Shown here piece by piece: positions 14,814-26,900 of a stretch of 64,000 nucleotides of DNA (positions within the stretch are counted from its first letter, which is position 1; each line of letters opens with the position of its first letter). The notes beneath the pieces are model-generated. The model was not told where the DNA came from. It did no database searches and saw only the letters and a list, made by a program, of their open reading frames with translations. The position numbers and the translations under genes were made by a program. Source of the DNA: Mytilus trossulus (lineage: Eukaryota); contig NC_086376.1 of assembly GCF_036588685.1 (NCBI RefSeq), positions 60,078,001 to 60,142,000 of the forward strand, read 5' to 3'.

Positions 14814-15119
14814 TCGTGGCCAAAATATTTGAATTACAAAGCTTATATAAAAGATGAAGAGCTATAATCCAAAAGGTCCAAAAAGTAAAGCCAAATTCGT
14901 GAAAAGAATCAGAGCTTTGCATGAGGGAGATACATTCCTTAATTTATGATAATTTTTAATATTTTATAACAGCAAATTTAAATAACACAAAAAATCCGTA
15001 TTTTCATGCCAGTACCGAAGTACTGGCTACTGGGCTGGTGATACCCTCGGGGACTAATAGTCCACCAGCAGAGGCATCGACCCAGTGGTAGTAATAAAAT
15101 CAACGGTACCAATTTTGTT

Positions 15120-15163
15120 GCACCAGATGCGCATTTCGACAAAACATGTCTCTTCAGTGATGC
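15120..15163 (-). ncRNA. Type I hammerhead ribozyme, intact core
   Basis: Minus strand reads gcauca-CUGAAGA-gaca-uguuu-uguc-GAA-augcgcau-C/-uggugc: stem I gcauca/uggugc, stem II gaca/uguc, palindromic stem III, AUC cleavage triplet. Confidence 0.85.
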
Positions 15164-16729
15164 TCGTGGCTAAAATATTTGAAGTCCAAAGCTTATATAA
15201 AAGATGAAGAGCTATAATCCAAAAGGTCCAAAAAGTAATGCCAAATTCGTGAAAAGAATCAGAGATTTGCATGAGGGAGATACATTCCTTAATTTATAAT
15301 AATTTTTAATACTTTGTACATGTAACAGCAAATTTAAATAACACAAAAAATCCGTATTTTCATGCCAGTACCGAAATACTGGCTACTGGCCTGGTGATAC
15401 CCTCGGGGACTAAAACTCATCAAAGACAACAGGCCTTTTTCAAACGCCAGATTCATCAGCCTGAAGGAAAACAGTTGGACCAAACCAAAAAGAAATCTGA
15501 AGAGCAATTAAAACAGATAATTTCCAAAATTCTCGAAGAGTTTTGCCAAATACGGCAATTATAATAAAAAAGTGTGTGGTAAATAAATTACATCAAAAAT
15601 GAGATGAAATGAACAAAACAAAAAGATGTGAACAAATGCAATAATAAAAGAGATACACTGAACAAGTGTGCTAATGAGGAAATCCAATCTTAAGAAAAGA
15701 TAGATAATAAGTGCCATACAAGTGTTAGTGTAGAACATCTTTTCTTTGATAATATACAACTGTGAAACAAAGAACAATTAAGTGATATAAAACTGTAGTA
15801 CTTAAACGTAAGAATAATAAAGTGAAAAGAAAAATACATTTAATACATTTAGATTTACAACTTCAGACAAGTATATCCTTTAGATTTCATTTAATAGTTT
15901 TCATTTTGTGGAGAAGGAAAAACCATTAAATGTCATGGATGTTTATAAAGAAAGTAAAATATCAAGCATTAACGGTTACAATAAAGGCAGGTTAATTGTG
16001 GTTAATGGGAAAACGTTTAAACATTTGTTTTTGAAGTATTGTTGGAAGGAGAAACGATTGTAAATTTCTGTCAATTATCTATAACAGACTTATGATACAG
16101 TGATGTATATTGCATAAGTTTCAAGTTCTAATGGCTTTAGGTGTGATTTTGTATAATAGATTGATGAACATTTGATTACATAGTCTAAGAGTTGACAAAT
16201 ATCGCAAAACAAATATGGAGCGTTTCTGTCACTGCTATATAAGACAAAGGATTTGTAATTGTAATAGTTTCAAGTTCCTTTGCATCTATGTATGATTTTA
16301 GTACTCGGTCTGTGATGAGTTATAGAAATTGAAAAAAAGAAAGACAGAAGATACCAAAGAGAGAATCAAAATTTATATTTCGATGAGAGACTGACAAAAA
16401 CAAAACAGAATACCTTTGAAAGTAATCAACAAAGCGCTACGTATAAGATAAAAAAAACAAGCTTAACGAACACATCAAACGGTATAGAGGGGCGGGGTAA
16501 TTTCATGTGCATCTGAAGGGTAGACATATAATGCTCTATTCCGTCATGTTATGCATGACAAGTACAAGTACAAATTCCGTGAAAGTTTATTGGGGATATC
16601 ACAGTCGAAAAAAAGTAGACGAGAGAATAGTTTCGACAAACGAACATATCCTTGGTTATTTTATATTTGTGACCAAGATATTCCATAAAGGCAAACCGAT
16701 ACATGATTGCTTCCTTAAATTTTGAAAAT

Positions 16730-17070
16730 GGATGGCATCAGTATCTGTAGTTTTAAATTTTACCGTTAAGAATCTTTTGTGCAATTGTTTACTTGTAAGC
16801 AACAAACCTCTTTCGAGAAAATAAGGATAGAACACGCAAGTGCTCGCACGTCATATCAGCTAGGAGATACATACTCCATATGCAGGTGCTACTAGAATGA
16901 TGTACACACTCTTTAAATTCTAAATTGGAAGCTGAAATCATGTTTTTGTAGTAATGTTTTGTTCACAACCGCCCTCAGTTTTAATTTCGAGATGTATAGG
17001 TATAGATATTAGGCAGACTTGACTGTATTAGAGGTATCGATGCTCGATGGGATAGATGTGATCAACAAAG
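16730..17070 (-). mobile_element. Decayed Penelope-like retroelement RT fragment
   Basis: Minus strand gives frameshifted VDHIYPIE..TSNTVKSA*YL..LHLEI..EG, DFSF, APAYGVCIS*LI, FLERGLLLTSK. Confidence 0.7.
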
Positions 17071-18848
17071 TCACCTAACTTTGAATTAATAATAGAGAGG
17101 GCATCATCCTTATAGCGGAACGCGAAGTTAAAATATTATGCTGGCTTCATTTCGTACTTCCTGAGCAACAGTTGTGGATATTTCCTTTGTTCTAATAAGT
17201 AGCACTGAACGTGTAAATTGTTATACATTTTACATTTGATCTCTCTTATCAACCTGTTATCGCAGTTCTAACAGTATAAACATAACATACAACTTCTGAA
17301 ACTGGTAGTTAAAGATGATTTTCAGATTGTTTTGTTGAAATAAAGCCATATCTGACTGGAATCAAGCACATTCACTTTCTCATAAAATGATATATTTCAT
17401 AAAAAAAATGCTCTGAACATGTATTTACTTCAAAGAAGATCCAAAATCCTAGATTGAGAAAATATTTTGATTTGCATAGGTTTCAAAATCATATGCCATC
17501 TATTCCCCTTTCTTTTCTGGTTCAAGTAAGCATGTGGTGTATACTTTTCACTGTGTGTTTTTAATCAATTAAACGACATATAGTCTCGATAGGCTTTACA
17601 GTGGTTTTTGTTGTTTATTCTGTGGCTGTACCAGGCTGTGCTATTTCGACCATATATTTATTTTCTATTTTTTTCTTTATATCATTACTCATCTTTTCTC
17701 TGAGGAGTCAGGTGTTTGCGGGAGATGTGACCTGTTGCACCGTTGTCCTTTATTTTGATAACTCCTGAAAGATTCGTTGAGATACATATTTTTTGGGGAA
17801 TATTCTCCTCCAATTGCATTTTTTCATATTACTTAATTAAACTAACTATTTACACTCACTATAGAACGACTGTAATAATGTATGTTTGTGATATAGTGCA
17901 GCATGTATGTAGCATTTGACAAAATTAGCTGTTCAAAGGAAGACAACTAACGATTTTTTTTAATATGATAATGGTTTATTTATATTTATGAAAAATGTAT
18001 GGGTCTATTTCCCTCTCTCTATGTTATATATTTGCTGCAAAGTTATATGCATTAATTTATCTGATGCACTGCTTGGATGCACTTAATTTCTACACAAATA
18101 GTGCATTGTAATTATTTTAATTACCATATATACTATATATGGAATAATTATTAAAAAAAAGTTTTGAAATCTCTACTTTCCTTGAGGGAATATGATTTAT
18201 TTGTAATTTTTTTTTGCGGAAAGGAATTGCGTTTTTATCTGTTAAACCAATGATGTTAAATAAGACTCATATAACCTCCTTGGTTAAACTAACAAAAATA
18301 TTTCCATTATAAAATATTCTATCAATGAAGGATACATCAATAAATATCGCATCCCATGAAGCAATATCTAATAGAAAGTGTTGCTTGTTTTTAAAAAGCA
18401 CATGGCTTAAACAGTGTATATGATTTGTTTTTAACGCCTTCCTTGATATGAAAATAATAGCTAGTACATTTATAGTATTTACCTTTTTTCACTATCATTT
18501 TGAAAACGTTTGTCTCTTATAAAATTCTTCCCAATCAAAAAATAAGAATATTACAAATGTGTTACAGCCTTTTCTTATATATACTTCTTATATGGAGAGT
18601 CCTTGACCACACTTACATATTTCAATCTTTAAGGATAATTTGTGTTTTTGGGTATAGAGGAATTCCTCAAAGATTATGTATATCTAATAGAGTATCGATT
18701 CGAATTTATAGTTCCAGAGTATTCGATTCTATAAGAGCCATATTTTTATTTAATACAGAGGATTCGATTCTATATAAGCCATATTTCTATTTAATAAAAG
18801 TGTTAGGATTCCAAATTGAAAATAAATTATGATTTTTCTTTTTAATAG

Positions 18849-18967
18849 GAGTACTAGGATTTTTAGTTACGGAGGGAGTGACGGGTAACTATGGTATAAC
18901 AGACCAGCGATTGGTGTTACAGTGGGTACATAGCAACATAGAAAGATTCGGAGGCGATAGACAAAAT
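18849..18967 (+). CDS. Carboxylesterase-like exon 4
   Basis: (G)VLGFLVTEGVTGNYGITDQRLVLQWVHSNIERFGGDRQN; GNxGxxDQ and NIxxFGGD motifs; phases 1 to 0. Confidence 0.93.
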
Positions 18968-19575
18968 GTAAGTTATCTAAAAAAAAAGCAAAATTAAATT
19001 GTTTGCCAAAGATAAAAAAAAAATCAACAGTTCTTGTCTGATTTCACAGTTTAAAAAACTAAAACGTGTTTGAAAACATATACACGTGGTAGTCATCTGG
19101 CATTTGCGTCAGTTGGTATAAATGGCAGCATTAAGAATTATATCCCTATAGAATGTTTGCATTAATATTCATAGTGTGTAAAGTAGTTTACGAAAAATAA
19201 AAAGGTTTCTATTATGATACTGAAATGGCAAATGAGAGAAAGAAAAACATGTTGAACGACGAGGAAATTACATAGATATGGAGGATAATGAACAGCAACG
19301 TATAGAGATTTCCACGTCTTTCAATAGTTTATATCTATATTTTCTTGTTTTAATTTCAATCAGCTCTCCCCTCATACTTGAAGAATATTTCTAAATTTAC
19401 AATTGATTAAAAATTTCAAACTTTGTTGTATCGGTGAGTTATCATGCAAGCCATCAAATATATATATATAGGTAATTTTTGTTGTTGTAACGTTGTTTCT
19501 TTTGATTCATAAAATTCGACCAAAAAGTTACAACTGGCGACAAGCAATCAAAACTATACTGTTTTATCATTTCAG

Positions 19576-20565
19576 GTCACTCTCTTTGGACAAGGCGCTG
19601 GCGCAGTTTCTGTCGCAATACATATGACATCACCAAAATCTTTAGGACTATTTAGAAATGCAATCCTGGAAAGTCTACCTTTCAGTTTACGTCTCAAGAC
19701 TGTAGATCAAGCTAGGTCACAAGGACAAAATTTCTCTTCCAAAGCAGGTTGTTCAGATTTAGAATGTTTACGAAAGAAATCACCATGGGATATTTTAGAT
19801 GCCCAAGTTAAAACTACTTTACCTCTTGGAACCGTATTACAACGATTACGGCAGTGGGGTCCACATGTAGATGGAAACGATGTATCAGGTGACATACAAG
19901 CTGGCTTCCGGTTTGGTCGAGTACATGATATACCCCTTCTGATAGGGACAACAACCGCAGATGGTGCCGACATAGTCTTTAAAACATATCTCGAGCCATT
20001 AAATAATGCAGCTTTTCGTACAATATTAGCACGTTTAAATCCCTCTCATGCTAGATTATGGTATAACTTATACACTCCTCGATCTAATGATGATTCTAGG
20101 CGAGAGTTAACCCAGTTTATCACAGATTTTGTTTATACATGTCCAACAAGGAGTTTTGCTTCTGATATGACTCGAATAAATAATACATGGGTATACGCTT
20201 TCGGTCGGAATATGGATTTTTTAAATGGAAGTGGGATGTCTCCACATTGCGCGATCAGTGCGTGTCATGGTTCAGAACTTGCCTATTTATTCCAGAATAT
20301 CAAAGATTTAGGTTATAATTTTACCATGCCTGACATGCAACTGTCAGACGAAATCTTAATTTACTGGACAAATTTTGCTAAGCTGAATAATCCTAACGGT
20401 AATTTAGACACGACCGACCCTGGAATGTTTAACTGGTACCAATATACAGGCAGGCCTCCAGTCATCCGAGCGGTCCTTGGTATAGGGCATCCACAGTCTT
20501 CAATCCAAACTGATTACAGGGGAACAATCTGTAATATGTTTGATAACAATAACTTTAGAGCTTGA
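19576..20565 (+). CDS. Carboxylesterase-like exon 5 (terminal); spliced CDS 1563 nt = 520 aa; predicted non-catalytic
   Basis: ttcag acceptor; VTLFGQGAGAVSV, AILES, LIGTTTADG, DFVYTCP, ACHGSEL, YWTNFAK; stop TGA 20563-20565. Confidence 0.93.
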   Translation, partial: VTLFGQGAGAVSVAIHMTSPKSLGLFRNAILESLPFSLRLKTVDQARSQGQNFSSKAGCSDLECLRKKSPWDILDAQVKTTLPLGTVLQRLRQWGPHVDGNDVSGDIQAGFRFGRVHDIPLLIGTTTADGADIVFKTYLEPLNNAAFRTILARLNPSHARLWYNLYTPRSNDDSRRELTQFITDFVYTCPTRSFASDMTRINNTWVYAFGRNMDFLNGSGMSPHCAISACHGSELAYLFQNIKDLGYNFTMPDMQLSDEILIYWTNFAKLNNPNGNLDTTDPGMFNWYQYTGRPPVIRAVLGIGHPQSSIQTDYRGTICNMFDNNNFRA

Positions 20566-20620
20566 TGCTGATATGTATTTAGTTTTGATGTAGTTTACAC
20601 GTATTTATTTAAAGTAATGA

Positions 20621-20626
20621 AATAAA
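20621..20626 (+). terminator. Probable polyadenylation signal of the carboxylesterase-like gene
   Basis: AATAAA 55 nt after the stop codon. Confidence 0.5.
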
Positions 20627-20837
20627 CACTCGACAATCAGTATAACGATGCTTATATCTTCAGAGTTAATGTTTGAGAAGCACTGCTTCGTTAGCTTCTA
20701 ACTAGATAAAAAACATGAATCGCTCCATGTTGGATATAATCATCATTTCAAAGCATTTGGTATCACTGTAGTAGTTTACGGGAGTTTTTAGCCTTTCTTT
20801 TTTTCCAGTTTTCTCAGATTGGAACCAAAATATGAGT

Positions 20838-20975
20838 CAACAGACTGTTCGCAACAATACACTAATGCCTCAACCAAATATCAGGCGAGAATCAACACAC
20901 TGTTCGCAACAATAAACTAATGCCTTTACAAAATATCAGGCGAGAGTCAACACACTGTTCGCAACAATAAACTAA
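20838..20975 (+). repeat. 55-bp tandem repeat (~2.5 units, third unit interrupted by the Harbinger MITE)
   Basis: caacacactgttcgcaacaataaactaatgcc.. at 20838, 20893 and 20948; the third unit resumes at 22335. Confidence 0.9.
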
Positions 20976-22334
20976 GGCCGTGTTCACACCAAATGCCGTG
21001 TAGAGTAAACATATTTACAATAAGTCTAGTGTAGTGTACACTGGTTTCACATTACATTTGTTCACATCTATACACCTTGTTTAGCTACCTGTACATAAGA
21101 TTTGTTCCCACTTGTAAACTATATGTCTTTTAAATGTTCATCACGTAGAACTGAATTCAAAATTTTTGGAAAATGTTTCTAGCGGTAAGGGAACAACCAT
21201 TTGACTTCAAAGGGAGTGGGGATGGGAATGGAAATATGCCGATCCCGAATTTGATAAAAAAAAAATGGTCATACAGATGATAAAAAAATTATTCTGAATC
21301 AAGAGTTTTCCCATACATTATAGTGTTAAATATTGAAAAAAAAGTATTTGATCACCAGCATCGGAAAAAAAGGAATACAAACGTACGCGCGAAAAAAATC
21401 TGACTCAGATAAAAAAAAAATAACCCTCCCCCTTTTTTAAGATAAGTGGTTGCTACTTTATGAAAGCCATTTTATAATTTGTAGTAGATTGAATATACTA
21501 GAGAAGTCTCGATAACGCATTAGAAAACGTTAGCTGCAACAGCGTACTTACAGCCGAAAAAAAAGGGTTGAGATATTAGGGATTACTACATTTTTATCTT
21601 TTCTGTTCGTTTCAAATGGTATTTCTTCTCCAAGGAGTATTTGGTAAAGGAATAGGGTAACGTTTTTTTTTTTATTTTACGTTTTTTGAGTAAAGACCAG
21701 TGGAGAATATTTCCGTGTCCGTCAAATCGAGGGGAGGGGGGCGTGAGCTATTGATTTTTTTTCAGGACAAATTTTGGTGACAAGTCGCAATCAATTTTAG
21801 CATTATATATAGTGGCAGCTGAGGGTGAAACAAACAATTTTTTTTTCAGGGCCAAAAACTGGAAACATTTTTTGTTTCCAAAACAAAATCCATAGCTCAC
21901 CACCACCCCCTTGCCTTTATGTTTTATACTCAACTATAATAGCCCCCCCCCCCCCCCCCCGAAAATCAATTCGTTGCTGCCTTATGGGTTCGGCAATGAT
22001 GCTGCTTTGAGTCTTGATTAATAATGTACGTTAATTTTTTTTAACAAAAAAAATCTGTAAAATTTAGACAACTAATAATTATCAAAAATATCAATTTTAC
22101 TCAAAAATATTTTCCTCCTTAAATATATACACGATAAAACTAATGTCCTAAATGCCTAGTTTTGTGTACACTTAACCTACACAAAACCTACATTGACTAT
22201 CGACTGTGTGTAGGTAAAACATGATTTAAACTACATATAAACATTGAGTTTTATCAATGGGAACGCAATTGTGTTTAGTTTACGTGTGAGTTACACTAAC
22301 ACAACACCGAATTTAGGTCAATGTGAACACGGCC
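20976..22334. mobile_element. Non-autonomous PIF/Harbinger-type element, probably with nested smaller insertions
   Basis: Perfect 13-bp TIRs GGCCGTGTTCACA / TGTGAACACGGCC; TAA duplication at 20973-20975 and 22335-22337. Confidence 0.88.
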
Positions 22335-22409
22335 TAATGCCTTTACAAAATGGAAGTTTATGATGCCGGTTGGTTTAAAGTGGGGGAAAATACAAGGAAA
22401 GTTAACATA

Positions 22410-22620
22410 CTTTTAGTTTCTTGTGTACAATTTGGAAATTAGTATGGCGTTCATTATCACTGGACTAGTATATTTTTGTTTAGGGCCAGCTGAAGGACGC
22501 CTCCGGGTGCGGGAATTTCTCGCTACTTTGAAGACCTGTTGGTAACCTTCTGCTGTTGTTTTTTATTTGGTCGGGTTGTTGTCTCTTTGACACATTCCCC
22601 ATTTCCATTCTCAATTTTAT
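22410..22620 (+). mobile_element. SINE-like interspersed repeat
   Basis: Nearly identical to 37719-37910 and to the reverse complement of ~60459-60650; 3' fragments near 26750 (-) and 33460 (+). Confidence 0.7.
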
Positions 22621-23858
22621 ACTATACGTATAACCATTTACTCAGGTCTAAACAATATTTCAAGCTTTAATAAATAATCTATGGAGTTTTTAGGGTTGGT
22701 TGCTTTTAAGTGGTTTCAAAAAAGGAAAAGCCTACATTATAGACTCATAAAATTCATATATATATAGTACAATTTTATTATTCATTAATAAGAAATTTGT
22801 AGTTTAAATTTTTGCCATGCTACAAACGTACATCCCTTAAGATGTTTACTAAGCGCAGACCATCACATTTAGTAAGCAATAATTAAGGTCAAGCTTTATA
22901 CAAGAGAGCACAAGACACTCAAAGTAGATTTATCATTATGTTTAGCTCTAGATATCAAATTTTCTACAAGGATGTATAATTATGCGAAATCAATCAATTC
23001 AATCAGCCAACATTCAAATAAGATCTCTATTAAACCTGAAAACATATATACCTTCACCACAAAAAAATGTAAAAATTTACCATAACAATCAAAACAGGTG
23101 CCTGTTTATCGAATGGCCATGGACATTTCCCAATATCATCTTAGGACACTATTGTTTTCCTATGTGGGCTTATCAAACGTGTCGCAAACTATAAAGAATT
23201 TCTCCTATGAATTTTGATACGTTGAGGACACTAGTGATGGTTCGTTCTGATTAAGATATTATTGTGAAATGTATAATATTGTTTCATTTGTTATTTGTAC
23301 TATTTTTTTTTTATTTCAATCTGAAAATTATTTCCCTTGTTTTAAATACTCTATTAAGATATTTTAAATGTAAATTTTAACAACGACGTTAAATTAGGAA
23401 AAAAATCAAACTTAGAGCTTGAAAATAAAATGTTTATGAGTGGATTTTATAAGAGTTTTATCCAAGGAGGTGTTAAACCTGCTTAATATTGCATACATTT
23501 TGTTTGCATACACCATATTACACTTACAATCGCTCATTGATAGGGCGGAACGAAAACGATATTTATATGATTGTAAAATAAATAAATTGAAAATGCATCT
23601 ATTACAGTGACTGAAGTTAAACATATTATTAATAATTCTATGAAGAGTACCGGTGCCTATAGACTTAATTACCCTAATCAACATCTGTGAAGTGTTGATA
23701 ATCGGCACGATCAGGTTACTTAGGTCAGGAAATTTTTGAAGGGAGCCGATATAATCATTAGACAACACACTGATAGGCATTAAGTTTTCTCCGTTCTGCC
23801 AGCTTTCATTAAAGGATTTGTTTTTTGGCGGTAAACCACTTATTCTTCCGAAGCAATA

Positions 23859-23910
23859 ATGTTAACATTAATTATAAGTGTTTTAATTGGAATATTGAAC
23901 GGTGTTTTGG
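23859..23910 (+). CDS. Probable signal-peptide exon of the Ig-superfamily (Lachesin/IgLON-like) gene
   Basis: ATG at 23859 gives MLTLIISVLIGILNGVL(G), then the strong donor G|GTGAGT; phase 1 matches both 43678 and 55561. Linkage to the downstream exons is inferred. Confidence 0.65.
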
Positions 23911-26900
23911 GTGAGTATGTTAATTAGATTTTGTGCATGCAGTTGTTTCTTTGCTTGTAAAATGTTTTCATCACAAAAAAAAAGATGAAAGGATATAAAA
24001 TGAATGTACATACTGAATCGATCAAACACGTTTAAAACATGAATATATGTAGGTTTTCATACTTTTAGTTTTCAACATAACCATGATAATAAAAAAGGAA
24101 ATTAATGTGTGGTGTTAAAAGGGTCGTATAGAGAAAATAAGAGTTTTCAGAGAGTTTTTGAAATGTCGATTCACCAATGCATGCATATTTTAAAAGATTA
24201 TTTCTCAAAAGCCTGAAAGGTTGGATAAAAATATTTAAAAAAAATATATGCAGCATTTAAAGTAAAATAATCGTTTTAGAAGGAATTGTTGTTTTAGAAA
24301 GCAAATACTTTTATGCTGTTAGATAATTCACAAATTTGCAGGTACAAATGTATAACATTTGCAAGCAACGATAACATTTTCAATGGCTTTTGATTTATAA
24401 AAAAATGTTACAAGTTGTTTATCAGATGCAGAATCACGACATGAAATTGTAATCAAAATGGTTCCCACAGTTTTTTCACGACTTGTTATTTCTAATTATG
24501 ACTTTGCACTTTACATTTACTACGCTAATATGGCGGGGTATCAAGTAGTATTTCTATTATTAGAGACAGGTACTAATTACTAACAAGATGTCATTTTTGT
24601 TTATAATGATGTAATATAATGGGTATGTCTACCTAATTGTCAGAATCATTGCCAGGTATGTTTTACAATCATGCTTAGCCATGCTGGTTGATAGCCCTTC
24701 AGACGGGCGTCAAGTATTCTTACAAGTGTTATAACTTTGAACACTTTAAGATCTCCAGAAAAAAATCTATTTTCAAGTGAAAATAAAGTTAGATACCAAC
24801 TTTGATTTGAAAATAAGATACCCACTTATATTTTAACAAGGATGTGCATGTATCATATGCAAAATAACTCGCTGACATGTTGCTTTTTGAACTTTTCAGT
24901 AAAATCTGAATTAATTTAGACTGTTCATCAGAAGGAATTGAAAAAAATGCCGTGTTTACACCACAAACTTTACTCAAGAGTAACCTCTATGAGAACGAAA
25001 AAAAATAATATTCTCAAAATCCAGAAAATTTTATTATTTTTCTGAGAAACGCATTTCAAATTTAATTGGCTAGTTCCTGCAATGTCTTAAAACTTTTACA
25101 TGTGCACAGGTTTATCTGTACTCGCAGTAAAATTTGTGGTGTAAATGCCAAAAGGTTATGACGAGCCTTAACAGCTTTTAATGTCTAGATTCATATAAAC
25201 ATATCTTTAAAAATTCCGAATCCGTTATGCTTTTTCATACGTGAAATTAGATTAGTTCCATATCATTTATCGCAGACAATCTATAGGGCACGAGATTTTC
25301 TGACACGTGAGATAATTATTGTTTTGATCTATGTTGTCTCTTCAGTATGATTTCTGATTGGCCCAGTTGGGTTACGTGATTATCAAAATGTACATTATTT
25401 TTATCTCATCATAATTATCCCGGATAGTAAATTCATTAAAAGTTTGATGAATGATTCTAAGAAGCCAGTTGTCACCGCTAAGTTGCTCATCAAGATAAGT
25501 AAACTAGAATATCAAAATAAAACAGATGCTAAATAACACGTGAGAGAAATTGTTATCTATGTCCGGTTTCCGCATTCGGAGAGGTTAATTACAATAAACT
25601 TTGACTTTGTTACCACTACATCCCTAGCTCCCTTAGTTCACTAAAAGCTTTAAGCTATCTGGTAAACAAGAGGATGGTTTAAACATTTTCAAATTTGTCC
25701 CAGTATTATATAAGTATTCAAGGTTTTATATTCCTCGTAGATTCTGAGAAACACGTGACGAACCGATCAATATAAGAACACAATATAGTTGAGAAAAGTG
25801 ATATCACAAAAAATTCAAAACGGAAAGTCCCTTATCAAATGGCAAAATCATAAGCTTAAACACAGCAAACGAATGGATAGCAACTGTCATATTTCTGACT
25901 TGGTACAAGCAATTTCTTATGTAGAAAATGGTGGATTGAATCTGGTTTTATAGCCTAGATAAACCTCTCACTTAAGGACATAGTTTCAAGTGTTATGAAA
26001 AAGTTGTACGAAGAACATTGGAGCAATCACAGAGCCAGGAACAAATGGTCTTAAAATTATTCGATAACATAAACTGACAAATGAAAGATAGGAATTATAC
26101 AAAACAAAACACACAATTAACTTTTTTTATCAAGACTTCGGTATATTCAGCGCGGTTGTATATTCGCACATGTATATCTTTTGCTTTCACGTTACTAAGT
26201 TAGTACGTAGAAATGTTGGCGAAGAATAAGTCATTTAAAATATAGCATTAAAGAGATGTGGTGTGATGTTAATGGGACAGATAACTATCAGAGTTTATAT
26301 ATATATATGTGGTTTGGATGTAGGCAACTTAAATAGTATAGGTCACTATATGTATTTTAAAATCTACTAAAATGCGAAAAAAAATCTAGTTTTTACTGGA
26401 AGAACATAGACTTATAATAAAAATAAATCATACGAGTCATAAGTTCCTTTGATAATTTCTCATTTTCATTTGAAAATTCTATGTAACTTAATCTCATCTC
26501 GCAATAACAGTTACTTATAATACAACATTAAATTCAGTGTTATTTATATCATGTATATATAGAATAGAAAGCCATTATATATATATAATAAATAAGAAGC
26601 TGTAACATTTAAGCATGTTAGAAAATTCGCCTATTTTAAGTGCATTATTTACAGTACAAAACATTTCGACGTCTATTTAAGATAAGATAACAGGCTTTTG
26701 CACAACAAAGAATAATACTAATATATGTGAATACAGAACTACTTTATAAAATAGAGAATGGAAACGGGGAATGTGTCAAAGAGACAACAAAACGACCAAA
26801 GAGCAGAAAGCAGCTGAAATTTAAGCTATTGGAAAATAAGTTATATAACCATTAGATCCTATACTGTCATACTGTAGCAAACATTTTAAGTTCGTTAAAT

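Larger units (their letters stand above)
14710..15413 (-). repeat. Two tandem ~350-bp units, each with a type I hammerhead motif (retrozyme-like), antisense in carboxylesterase intron 3
   Basis: Units start at 14710 and 15060; hammerhead motifs on the minus strand at 14770-14813 and 15120-15163. Confidence 0.88.

Noticed and set aside
14701-15272. Duplicated ~72-aa hydrophobic ORFs
   Set aside because: Reading frames through the 350-bp hammerhead repeat; the conservation is explained by the repeat.
19707-19973. Antisense ORFs over real exons (also 11672-11854 and 43595-43963)
   Set aside because: Shadows of + strand coding exons.
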